A stretch of 62,604 bases of DNA, taken from positions 1 through 62,604 of the IMG/VR virus record IMGVR_UViG_3300003690_000007. One strand, written 5' to 3'. Origin of the DNA: a virus. The notes under the pieces are model-generated. The model ran no database searches. It was not told where the DNA came from and saw only the letters and a list, made by a program, of their open reading frames with translations. Numbering within the stretch: the stretch's first letter is position 1; every line of letters starts with the position of its first letter. Positions 6,985-16,629 of this stretch are shown piece after piece. The translations under genes and the position numbers were made by a program.

Positions 6985-7302
6985 ATGAAAGTGCTCGACC
7001 TCAGAAAATCGACTCCGAAGACAGCGGCCACCCGGCTGCACGCCTTCATCACCACCGAGCTTCGGGACTGGGGCGGCGACGAAGCCCTGCTCTGGTCTCC
7101 CGAGGAATCCGACAAGCGAGGACTCGGTAAGTCGTGGCACGTCTCATGGGAAGGCGGGCCGTTCGAGTGGGCCATCAGCGTCTCGCTCGGCGGCAGCATC
7201 AGCGGGCGCTTCACCGGTGCAGCGGAGGTGCTGCTGGTTGGTGCCAAGAAGTACATCGCCGAACCGTATCACTCGTTCGACTTGAGTTTTTCCCCCGACT
7301 GA
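6985..7302 (+). CDS. hypothetical early protein (105 aa)
   Basis: SD aaaggaaaaccATG. Confidence 0.65.
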   Translation: MKVLDLRKSTPKTAATRLHAFITTELRDWGGDEALLWSPEESDKRGLGKSWHVSWEGGPFEWAISVSLGGSISGRFTGAAEVLLVGAKKYIAEPYHSFDLSFSPD

Positions 7303-7314
7303 AAGGAACCACTA

Positions 7315-7569
7315 ATGTCCATGAGCAAGAAAGACTACAAGCTGATCGCCGACGGCCTTGGCAGGCTGCTCGCGAAGAACTCGGTGGGTGCCCTTGAGTC
7401 ACGCACCGGAAACGTCGGAGTCGCCAACGGTCTGGTGGACGACGCGATCGCGATTTTCTCCGACCTTCTCGGGGCCGACAACCCCGCGTTCAGGTCCGAC
7501 TTCTTCGGGTCCGCCGTCCGCGAGGCGTTCGGCGGGTACTTCGCACGACTGCGAGGAATGATCGCATGA
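7315..7569 (+). CDS. hypothetical early protein (84 aa)
   Basis: SD aaaggaaccactaATG. Confidence 0.65.
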   Translation: MSMSKKDYKLIADGLGRLLAKNSVGALESRTGNVGVANGLVDDAIAIFSDLLGADNPAFRSDFFGSAVREAFGGYFARLRGMIA

Positions 7570-7883
7570 CCGACATCCGCTTCTTCGACAAGAGAACGCT
7601 CGCCGCCGCGAACGCCGAGGCGATCACCGCCGGGCGGAACCGATCGCTGCGGGTCGACCTCGTCGAGACGCTGCCTGTCGGTAGGCGGTTCCCGGTCGTG
7701 ATGACCATGCCGCACGACGACGGCGACGATGTCAGGGTTGGCATCACCGTTCCGTCGCCCGGCTTCGACGAGCCGATCGTCGGCGTCGAGGCCCACGGTC
7801 GCGTGACGGTGTTCCTCGACATCTCGGTCGAGACCTACAACAACCTGCCGATCGCGGTCGTGGGGGAACGTCGTGCCAACTGA
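7566..7883 (+). CDS. hypothetical early protein (105 aa)
   Basis: ATGA overlap at 7566-7569. Confidence 0.65.
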   Translation: MTDIRFFDKRTLAAANAEAITAGRNRSLRVDLVETLPVGRRFPVVMTMPHDDGDDVRVGITVPSPGFDEPIVGVEAHGRVTVFLDISVETYNNLPIAVVGERRAN

Positions 7884-8274
7884 ACGAATCAAAGTCGGGG
7901 ACGAGACCATCGAGATCGAGACGAAGCCGCTGACGCTGGTCTTCTCGGACGGATCGCTGCCGAAGATCACGGTGCCCGGAAAGGTCAGCCTCGACATCGG
8001 GGCAACGACCTACCACGCCGACCGCATGACGAAGCCGCACGCCCGGCTGGACGAGATGCTGGTGATGGTCACCGGCGCTCCGCTCGCCGAGCACGGAGAC
8101 AAGCGGGGGTGGGGGCTTGGCCTGCGGCACGTTGTCGGCCTGCTCGACCTGACGCTCAAGTTGCTGGATCAGAACATCGGGATTCACTGGGCGTACCCGG
8201 AATCTGCCCTGCACCCGAAGTGGCAGTTAGGGCTGGCCGACGTACTACTCGCACTCAAGGGAGAAGACGCATGA
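7873..8274 (+). CDS. hypothetical early protein (133 aa, GTG start)
   Basis: GTG preceded by gggggaacgtc; 11-nt overlap with the previous gene. Confidence 0.6.
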   Translation: MPTERIKVGDETIEIETKPLTLVFSDGSLPKITVPGKVSLDIGATTYHADRMTKPHARLDEMLVMVTGAPLAEHGDKRGWGLGLRHVVGLLDLTLKLLDQNIGIHWAYPESALHPKWQLGLADVLLALKGEDA

Positions 8275-8504
8275 CGATCACTACGACGTGGGAACCGACC
8301 GATCAGGACATCGCATGGCAGGCCAACGTACTGGACCTGATGGCGGACGACGGGACGTGGGGCGTGCCCGACACGCTCTCGTCCTTCACGGTCAACAAGA
8401 CCAACAAGACGTTCCGGCTCGACGGCGACCCGGAGATTGAAACCAACCAGCGCATCCTCATCGTGTTCGAGAGGTTGGGCTACACCTTGGAAGGGAGCGA
8501 CTAA
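8271..8504 (+). CDS. hypothetical early protein (77 aa)
   Basis: ATGA overlap at 8271-8274. Confidence 0.65.
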   Translation: MTITTTWEPTDQDIAWQANVLDLMADDGTWGVPDTLSSFTVNKTNKTFRLDGDPEIETNQRILIVFERLGYTLEGSD

Positions 8505-8566
8505 TGGCCGTATCGCTTCGGTCGTCTCACCCACTGACGATGTCCAACCCCGGAAGTGGGATTTAC

Positions 8567-8595
8567 TTCACATACCTACCACAAACTGGTAAACT
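8567..8595 (+). promoter_or_regulatory. sigma70-like promoter (weaker)
   Basis: TTCACA (8567-8572), 17-nt spacer, TAAACT (8590-8595), 6 nt before ATG 8602, so there is a very short or no leader. Confidence 0.4.
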
Positions 8596-8601
8596 CTAGC
8601 C

Positions 8602-8790
8602 ATGACTACAGAACCACAGCCGTGCATCAGTGTCCACGTCACCCTACCGCCGGATCTGGTCTCGGCGATTGACATCAAGGCCGGGAAGCGAGGTCGGTCG
8701 GAGTTTCTCAGGCGCGCCGCCGCGAAGGAACTTCAGAGTCCCGATCTGGCCGAGACGCTCCCACAAGGCCGGAGGAGGTCGAATGGATAA
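8602..8790 (+). CDS. ribbon-helix-helix (CopG/Arc-like) DNA-binding protein (62 aa)
   Basis: VHVTLPPDLVSAIDIKAGKRGRSEFLRRAAAKEL fits a beta-strand/helix/helix RHH layout. Confidence 0.65.
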   Translation: MTTEPQPCISVHVTLPPDLVSAIDIKAGKRGRSEFLRRAAAKELQSPDLAETLPQGRRRSNG

Positions 8791-9109
8791 GGATGACGCC
8801 AAGGGTCCGGGTCCGCCTTTCATCCGCCAGCCATATGACTGGATCAGCACCGACACCGGAATCGGTCGGTGCAACTGGCCGATGGTGGTGTGGACGGAAC
8901 TCTACAACCCGAGCCGTTGTCGGTGGTTTCTGTACCTCGACCGGGACGGGTCGTTTGGCACCGAAACGAATCTGATAACCGAGGAAGAGGCCCGCGAGGT
9001 GGCGGGAGATCACCTGATGGACCCTCGCGGTCTATCGCGGGAGATCACCCCCGAGCAACGCGCGGAGTACCATGCCCGCTATCTGGATATGATGAACGCC
9101 ACTGACTAG
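8783..9109 (+). CDS. hypothetical protein, partner of the RHH gene (108 aa)
   Basis: Internal ATG with SD ggaggaggtcga; overlaps the RHH gene by 8 nt; last gene of the plus arm. Confidence 0.6.
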   Translation: MDKDDAKGPGPPFIRQPYDWISTDTGIGRCNWPMVVWTELYNPSRCRWFLYLDRDGSFGTETNLITEEEAREVAGDHLMDPRGLSREITPEQRAEYHARYLDMMNATD

Positions 9110-9243
9110 CCAGCCTGCGTTCGGTCGCTGTGTAGCTGACACATCGTACACGCCCCCGCCACGCCGGGTGCTGTCATCCCGATCACGCACTCGCCGATCT
9201 CAGGCTCGGAGCAGGCGAAGACCTTCGCCTTGATCCGGCCCGG

Positions 9244-9534
9244 TCACCCGCTACAGATTCCGATGAAATCCCCGCGCTTCGTGCAACCGGCGGGATGGAC
9301 GTTGTGGGGCACCGGCCTGCGGGGTGGGTCGGTGACACTGGAGTCGGGGTTGGATGCGACGTAGTCCCACATCCGAACATACTTCACCCGCGTCTCATCA
9401 CTCATGCCCTCGGCAGTGCCACGGCAGATGTCGAGCAGACGACCAACCTTGTGACACTGAGGGTGACGCTTGCACTGCCCGAGATCGACGCAGCGCGCAC
9501 AGTCTTCGGGCGTCGGCAGGGAAAGCTCCATCAC
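9244..9534 (-). CDS. Cys-rich small protein downstream of the fibre gene (96 aa; the frame stays open past its TGA to 9106)
   Basis: 9 Cys. The frame continues 45 codons beyond TGA 9244-9246 with 5 more Cys. Confidence 0.5.
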   Translation of the reverse strand: MMELSLPTPEDCARCVDLGQCKRHPQCHKVGRLLDICRGTAEGMSDETRVKYVRMWDYVASNPDSSVTDPPRRPVPHNVHPAGCTKRGDFIGICSG

Positions 9535-9543
9535 TTCGGATTC

Positions 9544-11991
9544 CTAACTCGTCAGTACGATCGTCACTGACCCGCTGGGCGAATCGGTCGCGTTGCAGCA
9601 CGTCCCGCCTGCTTCGACAGTCTCGAAGGTTAGGCTGAACGGGTCACAACTGCAAGCGGGTGACGTAGTGGGGGCGTAGGTCGCGTTGCTCCCGCAATTG
9701 TCCAGCCATTCCACGTCCAGACGATAATCGTTGCAATCACCGGTCCCGGCGGTAGTCTCCGAAAAACCGCACCGGATTGTCAACTGGATCCCGTGAGTAC
9801 AGAAAGTACCCTGCCCCCTCCACCAATTGTTCACCGAGTCCCAAATCAGGGTCATCACCAGACCGTCCGCGCACGGACAGTTGTCTTGTTCGGTGAAGGT
9901 CGCAGTCATACGGTCGATCTGAATCGGACAACACGCCGCGCCGGGGCTTAGGCAGATCCAGCAGGGAATGTCGATACAGTCCGTCGGGAGGGCGTCCGGG
10001 CAGACGAGCCTCAGTTCGTTCTGGCAATTGCAGCAGAACGGGTAGGGGTTCTTGTAGACGATCGACTTTGTATCTTCCAGCGTGATCGACAGGGAGACAT
10101 CGTAGGGATCCAATCCCCCGATATTTAGTTCCCAATTCGGTTCTGTCGTATCGAATGCGCATTGGTCTAGTGCTGGACCCGACCATACGCACCCGGAGTC
10201 GTGCAGCAACACTTGGGGCCACTTCAGTTGCTGGCAGCACGTCTCAGCATTGGCTTCCTTTTGGTTGCGGGACTCGAACATGAATGCCCAACTGTTCGGC
10301 GCGCCATTGAGATTACAGACTTCACACTCAGTTATCGATCCTCCGTCTGATCCACACAAGCCGCAGCAATTATCGACATGACCACCATCCGGCCTGCTGG
10401 AGTCGACGCTGCACTCGCCGAGCCAATGGAACATCTCCTCGACACCGAAGTTGTAGGTCGGACCAGCAACCCTCGTCTCCGCTTCGTATTGCCCACCATG
10501 CCGCCGACGGTGTCCGAAGTTGTATTCAACATGATCGTCGTATCCCGTCTCTGACCAGAATTGAACCGACGCAAACTTGTAGTCGTGCTTGATCAGGAGT
10601 GACTCAAAATACTGATCAGCCAATTGTTGGCCTAGCGCGTTCACGTCTGTCGCGTTGCTCGGAGTCCCATCGGCCGTGGACGGGAAACTGGCAATCGCCT
10701 GCGTTCGGATGATCTTCTCGGTGCCCCAGTAGACGTAGGGCGGTTCATTCATGTTTACCGATGTAAAATCGACGGCGTTGTAAGTCTTGACAAAGTGATC
10801 GGGCGGGTCGGTCATCAGTCCACCGTTGCAGCGGCGAAACACGATCCGCAGATGTTGTGGAACAACTGCGCCGGGATAGTCCCGATGGCTGGACGAAAAA
10901 TCGTCACCGGCAACCATCGCTCCACGAAAGGTCGCCACGCCTCTGTGAGCGGATGGCTGTCCAATGATCGTCGATTGGCGAGTCAGGTTCTCCTGCTCAC
11001 GATCCCGAGATTGATCGTGCGTCAGGAGTTCAAATTCCCGGCTGACCCATTGGGATTGGGGAGTCGATGTTCCCGATGGCCTAGTCGATTCTTCCATCCC
11101 CATGTCCCGCCACTGGTGAACGAGACGACGGTCGAGGCACCATGCGAGTCCGTCTAGGATGTAGGCGGCGTTGTGGAACTCGGTGCCCTTGGCGAACTGG
11201 GTGTCCACTTCTCCATAAGCAGTTTCGATATCGGTGTGTCCGATGATCACCGAGAGCTTATCGGCAATCCGCCTGATTGCATCGGTCCAGTTCTGGGCAC
11301 CGCTACTTGGGGGTCGCCAGTCTTCGCCGACACTGAAAAACTGCCAGTAGTATCGAACATCGACGATCGGCATGATCCAGAGTCCGTCGCCGACGACGTT
11401 CGGATCATCGGGTGGTGGTGGCGTCGGCGGCGGGGTGGTATCACCGCCGGGATCTACCCACCTCGGCCTGCGGGGATTCCACTTGTCCCAGTCACCCGGC
11501 GCTCGACCGCTGGCATCGTCGTCTCCCGGTGCCGTAGGGGCACGATACTCCGGCTCACTCAGCATCCGCACCGTGATCGGACGAGGTGGCAACAGGAACA
11601 TCTTGACCATGACGCGGGGACTTCCGTAGCCGGGTTCCCCGAATTCCAACCAGCCGCTTCTCTCGACGTTGAGCCACGACAGAGTTGTCGCACTCGTTTC
11701 ACCCCAGTCGAGGTTCGACACGATCTGGTTTTTCTGGCTGGTCGAGGCCAGAAAATGACCAACGGACCATCGGCTCGCACCGGTCGGCCAGTAGAGAGAG
11801 TTGAGCTTGACCCGCCGGACACGTTCGTAGTTCGGCAACGGGAAGCCGACTGGCTTGTGAACCGCTTGGTATACCGTCGATGACCCGAGTGCGACGAGGT
11901 CTTCGAGAGTAAGGTGGTCGTCCAGCCACCTCTGGAGGACGCCGCCGGGGTCATCCATCGACAGGTCTACGCCCGCGTACCGTACCGACAT
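9544..11991 (-). CDS. tail fibre / receptor-binding protein with very Cys-rich C-terminal third (815 aa)
   Basis: Last large gene of the tail module. The C-terminal ~300 aa carry more than 40 Cys (CCGLCG, CEVC, CCQQ, FCCNCQ, CWIC, ACCP, CPC, TCCN). Confidence 0.5.
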   Translation of the reverse strand: MSVRYAGVDLSMDDPGGVLQRWLDDHLTLEDLVALGSSTVYQAVHKPVGFPLPNYERVRRVKLNSLYWPTGASRWSVGHFLASTSQKNQIVSNLDWGETSATTLSWLNVERSGWLEFGEPGYGSPRVMVKMFLLPPRPITVRMLSEPEYRAPTAPGDDDASGRAPGDWDKWNPRRPRWVDPGGDTTPPPTPPPPDDPNVVGDGLWIMPIVDVRYYWQFFSVGEDWRPPSSGAQNWTDAIRRIADKLSVIIGHTDIETAYGEVDTQFAKGTEFHNAAYILDGLAWCLDRRLVHQWRDMGMEESTRPSGTSTPQSQWVSREFELLTHDQSRDREQENLTRQSTIIGQPSAHRGVATFRGAMVAGDDFSSSHRDYPGAVVPQHLRIVFRRCNGGLMTDPPDHFVKTYNAVDFTSVNMNEPPYVYWGTEKIIRTQAIASFPSTADGTPSNATDVNALGQQLADQYFESLLIKHDYKFASVQFWSETGYDDHVEYNFGHRRRHGGQYEAETRVAGPTYNFGVEEMFHWLGECSVDSSRPDGGHVDNCCGLCGSDGGSITECEVCNLNGAPNSWAFMFESRNQKEANAETCCQQLKWPQVLLHDSGCVWSGPALDQCAFDTTEPNWELNIGGLDPYDVSLSITLEDTKSIVYKNPYPFCCNCQNELRLVCPDALPTDCIDIPCWICLSPGAACCPIQIDRMTATFTEQDNCPCADGLVMTLIWDSVNNWWRGQGTFCTHGIQLTIRCGFSETTAGTGDCNDYRLDVEWLDNCGSNATYAPTTSPACSCDPFSLTFETVEAGGTCCNATDSPSGSVTIVLTS

Positions 11992-12486
11992 TCAGTCTTC
12001 CAGTTCCCAATGAATATCAGTTGAGAATGTTATCATCAGGCTGACGTGCCGACCATCCGCCGAGAGTTCCGGGCGACCGGACTGTAGCGGTTCCAGAAGC
12101 GTCGTCAGCGGTTCATCGCGACCAGCCCCGAGATCGTGACCGGCGAGTGCCCGGAGAATTCTCCGCTTCCATTCGAGCAGTCCCCGACGAGGGTCCAGAA
12201 GATCTCCATCGTGAACCCCGGCCCGACCCTTATATGTCAGGTAGGTCGTCACGACAATTCCGGTTTGCTCGATGACGACGTGCTGTGCGCTGCCGGTGAA
12301 GACCTCGCTGTCAAACGTGCCCTCCATCGGAGAGATGAGCAGGAACACGCCCTTCGAGATCCCCGGTGGAGGCTCGGGATCGAAGGTGACCATGCACATC
12401 GCTGTCGTCAGTTCCTCGATGGACTCGAGCAACCGGCTGACAACGGCATTCAGGACATCGGCTTGGCTGCTCGGTGCCCGCGCCAT
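11992..12486 (-). CDS. virion/tail-associated protein (164 aa)
   Basis: Its stop abuts the next start; it lies in the tail module. Confidence 0.6.
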   Translation of the reverse strand: MARAPSSQADVLNAVVSRLLESIEELTTAMCMVTFDPEPPPGISKGVFLLISPMEGTFDSEVFTGSAQHVVIEQTGIVVTTYLTYKGRAGVHDGDLLDPRRGLLEWKRRILRALAGHDLGAGRDEPLTTLLEPLQSGRPELSADGRHVSLMITFSTDIHWELED

Positions 12487-12492
12487 CGATCA

Positions 12493-12771
12493 CTATTCCT
12501 CGTCGCCGCCGCTGTCAACTTCTTCGTCATCCGAGTCGGATTCCTCGACGACCTCCTCGACGACTTCCGTCTCGGCGTCTCGATCCGCCGCAAGCTCTTT
12601 GCCGATGTTCTCGGCAAGCAGATGGATATTGTCTGTCAGGACAGACAGCACGGTCGATCCCAGCGCATCGGGGCAGGCCAATTCCACCGCTTTCACCAGT
12701 CCATCAGCCGCGTCGGCGATCGCATCCTTGTAGTGACTACGACAGCCACTCATTCGATCATGTGCGGACAT
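12493..12771 (-). CDS. small protein with acidic tail (92 aa)
   Basis: C-terminal sequence EEVVEESDSDDEEVDSGGDEE. Confidence 0.6.
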   Translation of the reverse strand: MSAHDRMSGCRSHYKDAIADAADGLVKAVELACPDALGSTVLSVLTDNIHLLAENIGKELAADRDAETEVVEEVVEESDSDDEEVDSGGDEE

Positions 12772-12787
12772 CTCACTCTCCCAAGAC

Positions 12788-14458
12788 TTAGGACACTACC
12801 GTGTCAGGAATCGTTTCTGAGCCAGCCGCATTGCTGGGCAGCAACAGGCCGAGTCTCGCCATGTTGAAGTTTCGATTGTACCACTCCTGAACCTCTCCTG
12901 CCCGGTCGTTCGTCACCGTTATCGTGATCTTGTCATCGACCTCGAAATTACTCGATCCCGAGAACGCGGCTGCGAGCGGCCCGCCGGGGTACAGTTGAGT
13001 CATTGTCGAAACTGCCCAGTGGTCGAAGAACACTGCGGCAGAGGCATCGATTGGAGTGGATTGACGAATTCTCAGGTATACAAGAGTCGGCACGACCGCC
13101 GGGATGCGAAACACGGTCTCCCCCGTCACGAGTTCGTTGAGACTCTTGAACGTCGTCGTCAGGGACGAGGCGTTGAACGTGAAGCTGTTAGCGGTTCCCT
13201 CGGCATCGTTGATAACGCTTCCCCCAAATCCTTCAACCAGATCAACGGTGATCACCCCGCTGGTGATCGCACCCGACGACCGGTTGACCCACCCACTGAC
13301 CGCGTATGCAGCCTTTGGTCTCAGGCTGACTAGCTTCTGTTGGATCGTCGTACTGGTCGACGCATCACCGACCATTTTCAAGGACTTCCCGCCGACGTAT
13401 ACCTCGGCATCTCCAGAGGTCGGTGTCGAGTGCGTGACCACCGGACTGCCGCCGGTCATGCTGCTGATGCTCGTGAACTGGTTCAGGTTTCCGCCCGCGC
13501 CGCCGAAGGTGATGTCGTGGGTATAGTTGGGACTGGTCCCCGTCGTAGCCACGCTGACGTTGTTCAAGTTCTGGAACGGCCTCAACGCGGTCTGAAGGTC
13601 AGCGGACGAGGCGTTGTAGTCGAGAACGACACTCTGCTCGGTATCTCCAGCGACGTTGACCCACTGCACCTTGTAAGTGCCTCCGGTCGGCGTGCCTGAA
13701 ATTACGATCCGCTGGACTTCTACATTGGTCATCAGGATGTCGGTCCCCACCGTGCCGGTCGGAATGTCCCAATCATCAGGAGCGTTCGCGAGATCGTCCT
13801 CGTCCTCGAAATCTCCGTTAGCCAACAGGCTGCTCGCTGCATCCGTCGTGCTGATGGCCGTGGCACAATTGCTCCCCTTCGGCCAGAGAACGTCCATCAG
13901 GGGAACCGACAGATCCCCGGTCAGGCTGAAGCTGGACGTTGTGGTCCCGCCGGAGATGCACAGTGCTTCAATCGTTTCACCATAAGCATACTCGACCACG
14001 CGACCGTCACCGCTCTTTGCTGACAGGACCAGAACTCCGTTGCCCGAGTTTCCACCTGCGGCTGACACGGCCACCGTCACCGCCGAGGCGTCCACGCTGT
14101 TCGTCGTCTCCGTCATCTGATCGACGAGTTCGGAAAGTGCCGCCCCGAGGCTTTTCTGGATCTTCGAATTGTCATCATGGATCAACTCGATCAAAATCTG
14201 CTGCGAGTATCTTCCGAGTTGCGCCTTCAGTGTTGCCCCGGCTCCAAGCACGCCGTCATTGGCTGACGTGACTCCGATGATGGTCTGTTGGAGTTCCATT
14301 TCCACTGATCGTTTCCGAAACTGCGTCACGACATCAACGATCTCGGCGGGAATCGTAGTCCCGATGTGCGTATCGGTAATCTTCTGGGCGTAGAACACCT
14401 TGCCATGAAGGTCGAACAACCCATCACCGTTCAGCGCATCGTAGAATTCAACTGTCAT
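12788..14458 (-). CDS. baseplate/tail-tip structural protein (556 aa)
   Basis: Large ORF downstream of the tape measure, tightly packed. Function is inferred from position only. Confidence 0.55.
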   Translation of the reverse strand: MTVEFYDALNGDGLFDLHGKVFYAQKITDTHIGTTIPAEIVDVVTQFRKRSVEMELQQTIIGVTSANDGVLGAGATLKAQLGRYSQQILIELIHDDNSKIQKSLGAALSELVDQMTETTNSVDASAVTVAVSAAGGNSGNGVLVLSAKSGDGRVVEYAYGETIEALCISGGTTTSSFSLTGDLSVPLMDVLWPKGSNCATAISTTDAASSLLANGDFEDEDDLANAPDDWDIPTGTVGTDILMTNVEVQRIVISGTPTGGTYKVQWVNVAGDTEQSVVLDYNASSADLQTALRPFQNLNNVSVATTGTSPNYTHDITFGGAGGNLNQFTSISSMTGGSPVVTHSTPTSGDAEVYVGGKSLKMVGDASTSTTIQQKLVSLRPKAAYAVSGWVNRSSGAITSGVITVDLVEGFGGSVINDAEGTANSFTFNASSLTTTFKSLNELVTGETVFRIPAVVPTLVYLRIRQSTPIDASAAVFFDHWAVSTMTQLYPGGPLAAAFSGSSNFEVDDKITITVTNDRAGEVQEWYNRNFNMARLGLLLPSNAAGSETIPDTVVS

Positions 14459-14460
14459 GT

Positions 14461-16623
14461 CTATTGCTCAAGTGTGAATATTTTGCCTGCGTCGATGGAT
14501 GTTCTTGCCTGCTCATGCGGCATGTCGTTGATTCGTTCCAGCCACGGGATAGGAGGCGTGCGAATTGACTCCTTGCTCAGATCAATCGGTCGGCTCATCG
14601 CGTAGACGTAGTTGCAGTCGAATCGATAGATTGTCAGGAGGTGCGGCCCGATGACTGGAGGCAGAAGCTCGAACGACGAGTCTATAAGGGTGTAGACGAT
14701 ACCGTTCAGATCGGTGAATTGATCCTTCATCTCTGGAACCTGTGGATGCTCGCCCAATCTCTGCGAGGTCACCCGCACGTTGTAGCTGGATTGCGGGTTG
14801 CTCAGGAGCGAGATCGTGCAGACAGCCGCTCCGATTGGGGATAAGAAGAACCCGGCGGCAGGAACCTGTAGCCTCATCTGGGGAGTGTCATAGAATGCGG
14901 TCGCGTGGTTGAACCGGTACAGGTTGTCCAGATGCTCAGTGGTATATTTGTAGTGTTCCGTACTGCTAGTGCTGTCGGAATCCGCCATGTCTGACCATGT
15001 CGGAAGCACATCAACTTCGCGCGCGCTCGCCTCCCCAGAGGGACCGTCTCCGACCCCTGTATCCGTGGAGGCGTGGCTGTTGATCCACCACGCCCCTCGA
15101 TGATTATATGAGTCTCCCTCAAGGCTATCGCACTGGAGCTTTACCGCGCAACTGAATGCCATCGCCAGAGTCAAGACACCCTGCGTCGGGTGTCCGACGA
15201 ACTGCGGCCCACCTGTCGGTGCAGCTGGAGGCGAAGTGCCCGCGTTCCACTGAGATCCTAAAGCACCTCTCGAGTAGTTCTTATTGTAGCCGCTGATAAA
15301 TGCGCCGATGTCGTTGTCGCTGATCGGAATTCCCATGATCTGAAAGGCATGTTGCGCCGGTAGCGGTATGGGAAAGTTAGCATTTCCTGCTATCCGCTGT
15401 GCGTGATCGCCGCCCGTTAGCTTCACCCTCGCCGAGATTCTGACTTCGCTGCCGCTCGATCCATAACTGTCAGTGATTGACAGGTGTTCTATCAAATGTC
15501 GGATCCTTCCGGGTGCGTTTGCAGAATCCCACCGGAGACGGCTTTCCAGAATCGTCAGGCCGAGTTGAATCAAGACACCCTTCGAGACCGTGCGGTCGCC
15601 CTTGAGCCGAACGCTGCCCTCGGCCTCCCCGAGCATTCCGTCCCCGGTCGTCAGCGTCCACTCGAAGTCCCACGTCGTAGCCGGGTATGGAGCGGAGTAT
15701 TCGATTTCCTTGTGAACGATCGTGTAGTTGAGAGTCATTCCGTCCGGACTGGTCTCGAAGGTCATCGAGAAGATTCGGTAGCCATAACTCAGGACCGGGA
15801 CGACCCACCGTCTGAATGCGTTGGGGTTGATGTTGGCCGTGGCTGCCCGCAGGATTCCGGTGAAGGTCCGCGTCGTCTGCATATCCCCGTCAACCGTGTC
15901 GATCACGGACCACCGGTTGCTCAGGACTTGGTTCCCCCTTCGCGGGCCGCCAGCCTTTCCCACGTCGGAGTCTATAGCCCCGTAATTCGTAGAACCGGGA
16001 AAGCAGTGGAGGAGGCACAACTCCACGGTCCACTGAACTCGAAAGATCGCCGGTCCCTGAATGCTCTCGATCTCGCACCGGGTAATCTTGGGTCCGTTGC
16101 ACAGATCGTGCTGGTCGATGTCATCGGTAGACCGGTTGAGTTGTTTGGCAGCATTCGCTGTCTGGCTCGACCCCCATGCCGGGGCACCGCGAAGAATCTG
16201 GTTGTCGCCAACCCACATCTGAAACGGCTGGCGTGGTTGACCGAGGGCTGCGCGCAGGGTTCGGTAGTTCCACACGGCGTGCTGAGTTGACAGTGTTGCG
16301 CCAGACGCCGCTCCGACGGCGGGTGCAAACGAGTCCCCGGTAGTCAGGCCCACTCCCGAGATGTAGTTAGTTCCACCATCGATTCCATTGTTGATAATCG
16401 CTGGTCCGTCGTTGGACACCGACGGAGGCTGTGCGCCGTAGCTCGAGATGTTTCCCGTGCTGGTGTCACCATGAACGTAACAGGTGACCGCGACGACGTA
16501 CTTGTAGTAGAGGAGGTCCGTGCCGGATTCGTCGTAGACTGGCTCCTGCGAGAAGCTGTCTGTCAGGCAGTTGACCAGATCAACATCGCCGTAGCGAATG
16601 TGAGTTCTGACGAGGGTTGGCAT
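14461..16623 (-). CDS. distal tail / tail-tip structural protein (720 aa)
   Basis: First large ORF after the tape measure. Function is inferred from position only. Confidence 0.55.
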   Translation of the reverse strand: MPTLVRTHIRYGDVDLVNCLTDSFSQEPVYDESGTDLLYYKYVVAVTCYVHGDTSTGNISSYGAQPPSVSNDGPAIINNGIDGGTNYISGVGLTTGDSFAPAVGAASGATLSTQHAVWNYRTLRAALGQPRQPFQMWVGDNQILRGAPAWGSSQTANAAKQLNRSTDDIDQHDLCNGPKITRCEIESIQGPAIFRVQWTVELCLLHCFPGSTNYGAIDSDVGKAGGPRRGNQVLSNRWSVIDTVDGDMQTTRTFTGILRAATANINPNAFRRWVVPVLSYGYRIFSMTFETSPDGMTLNYTIVHKEIEYSAPYPATTWDFEWTLTTGDGMLGEAEGSVRLKGDRTVSKGVLIQLGLTILESRLRWDSANAPGRIRHLIEHLSITDSYGSSGSEVRISARVKLTGGDHAQRIAGNANFPIPLPAQHAFQIMGIPISDNDIGAFISGYNKNYSRGALGSQWNAGTSPPAAPTGGPQFVGHPTQGVLTLAMAFSCAVKLQCDSLEGDSYNHRGAWWINSHASTDTGVGDGPSGEASAREVDVLPTWSDMADSDSTSSTEHYKYTTEHLDNLYRFNHATAFYDTPQMRLQVPAAGFFLSPIGAAVCTISLLSNPQSSYNVRVTSQRLGEHPQVPEMKDQFTDLNGIVYTLIDSSFELLPPVIGPHLLTIYRFDCNYVYAMSRPIDLSKESIRTPPIPWLERINDMPHEQARTSIDAGKIFTLEQ

Positions 16624-16629
16624 GATCTT

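Noticed and set aside
9544-10430. Cys-rich fibre tip as a diversity-generating retroelement target
   Set aside because: There is no reverse transcriptase gene and no template repeat matching the region anywhere in the genome.
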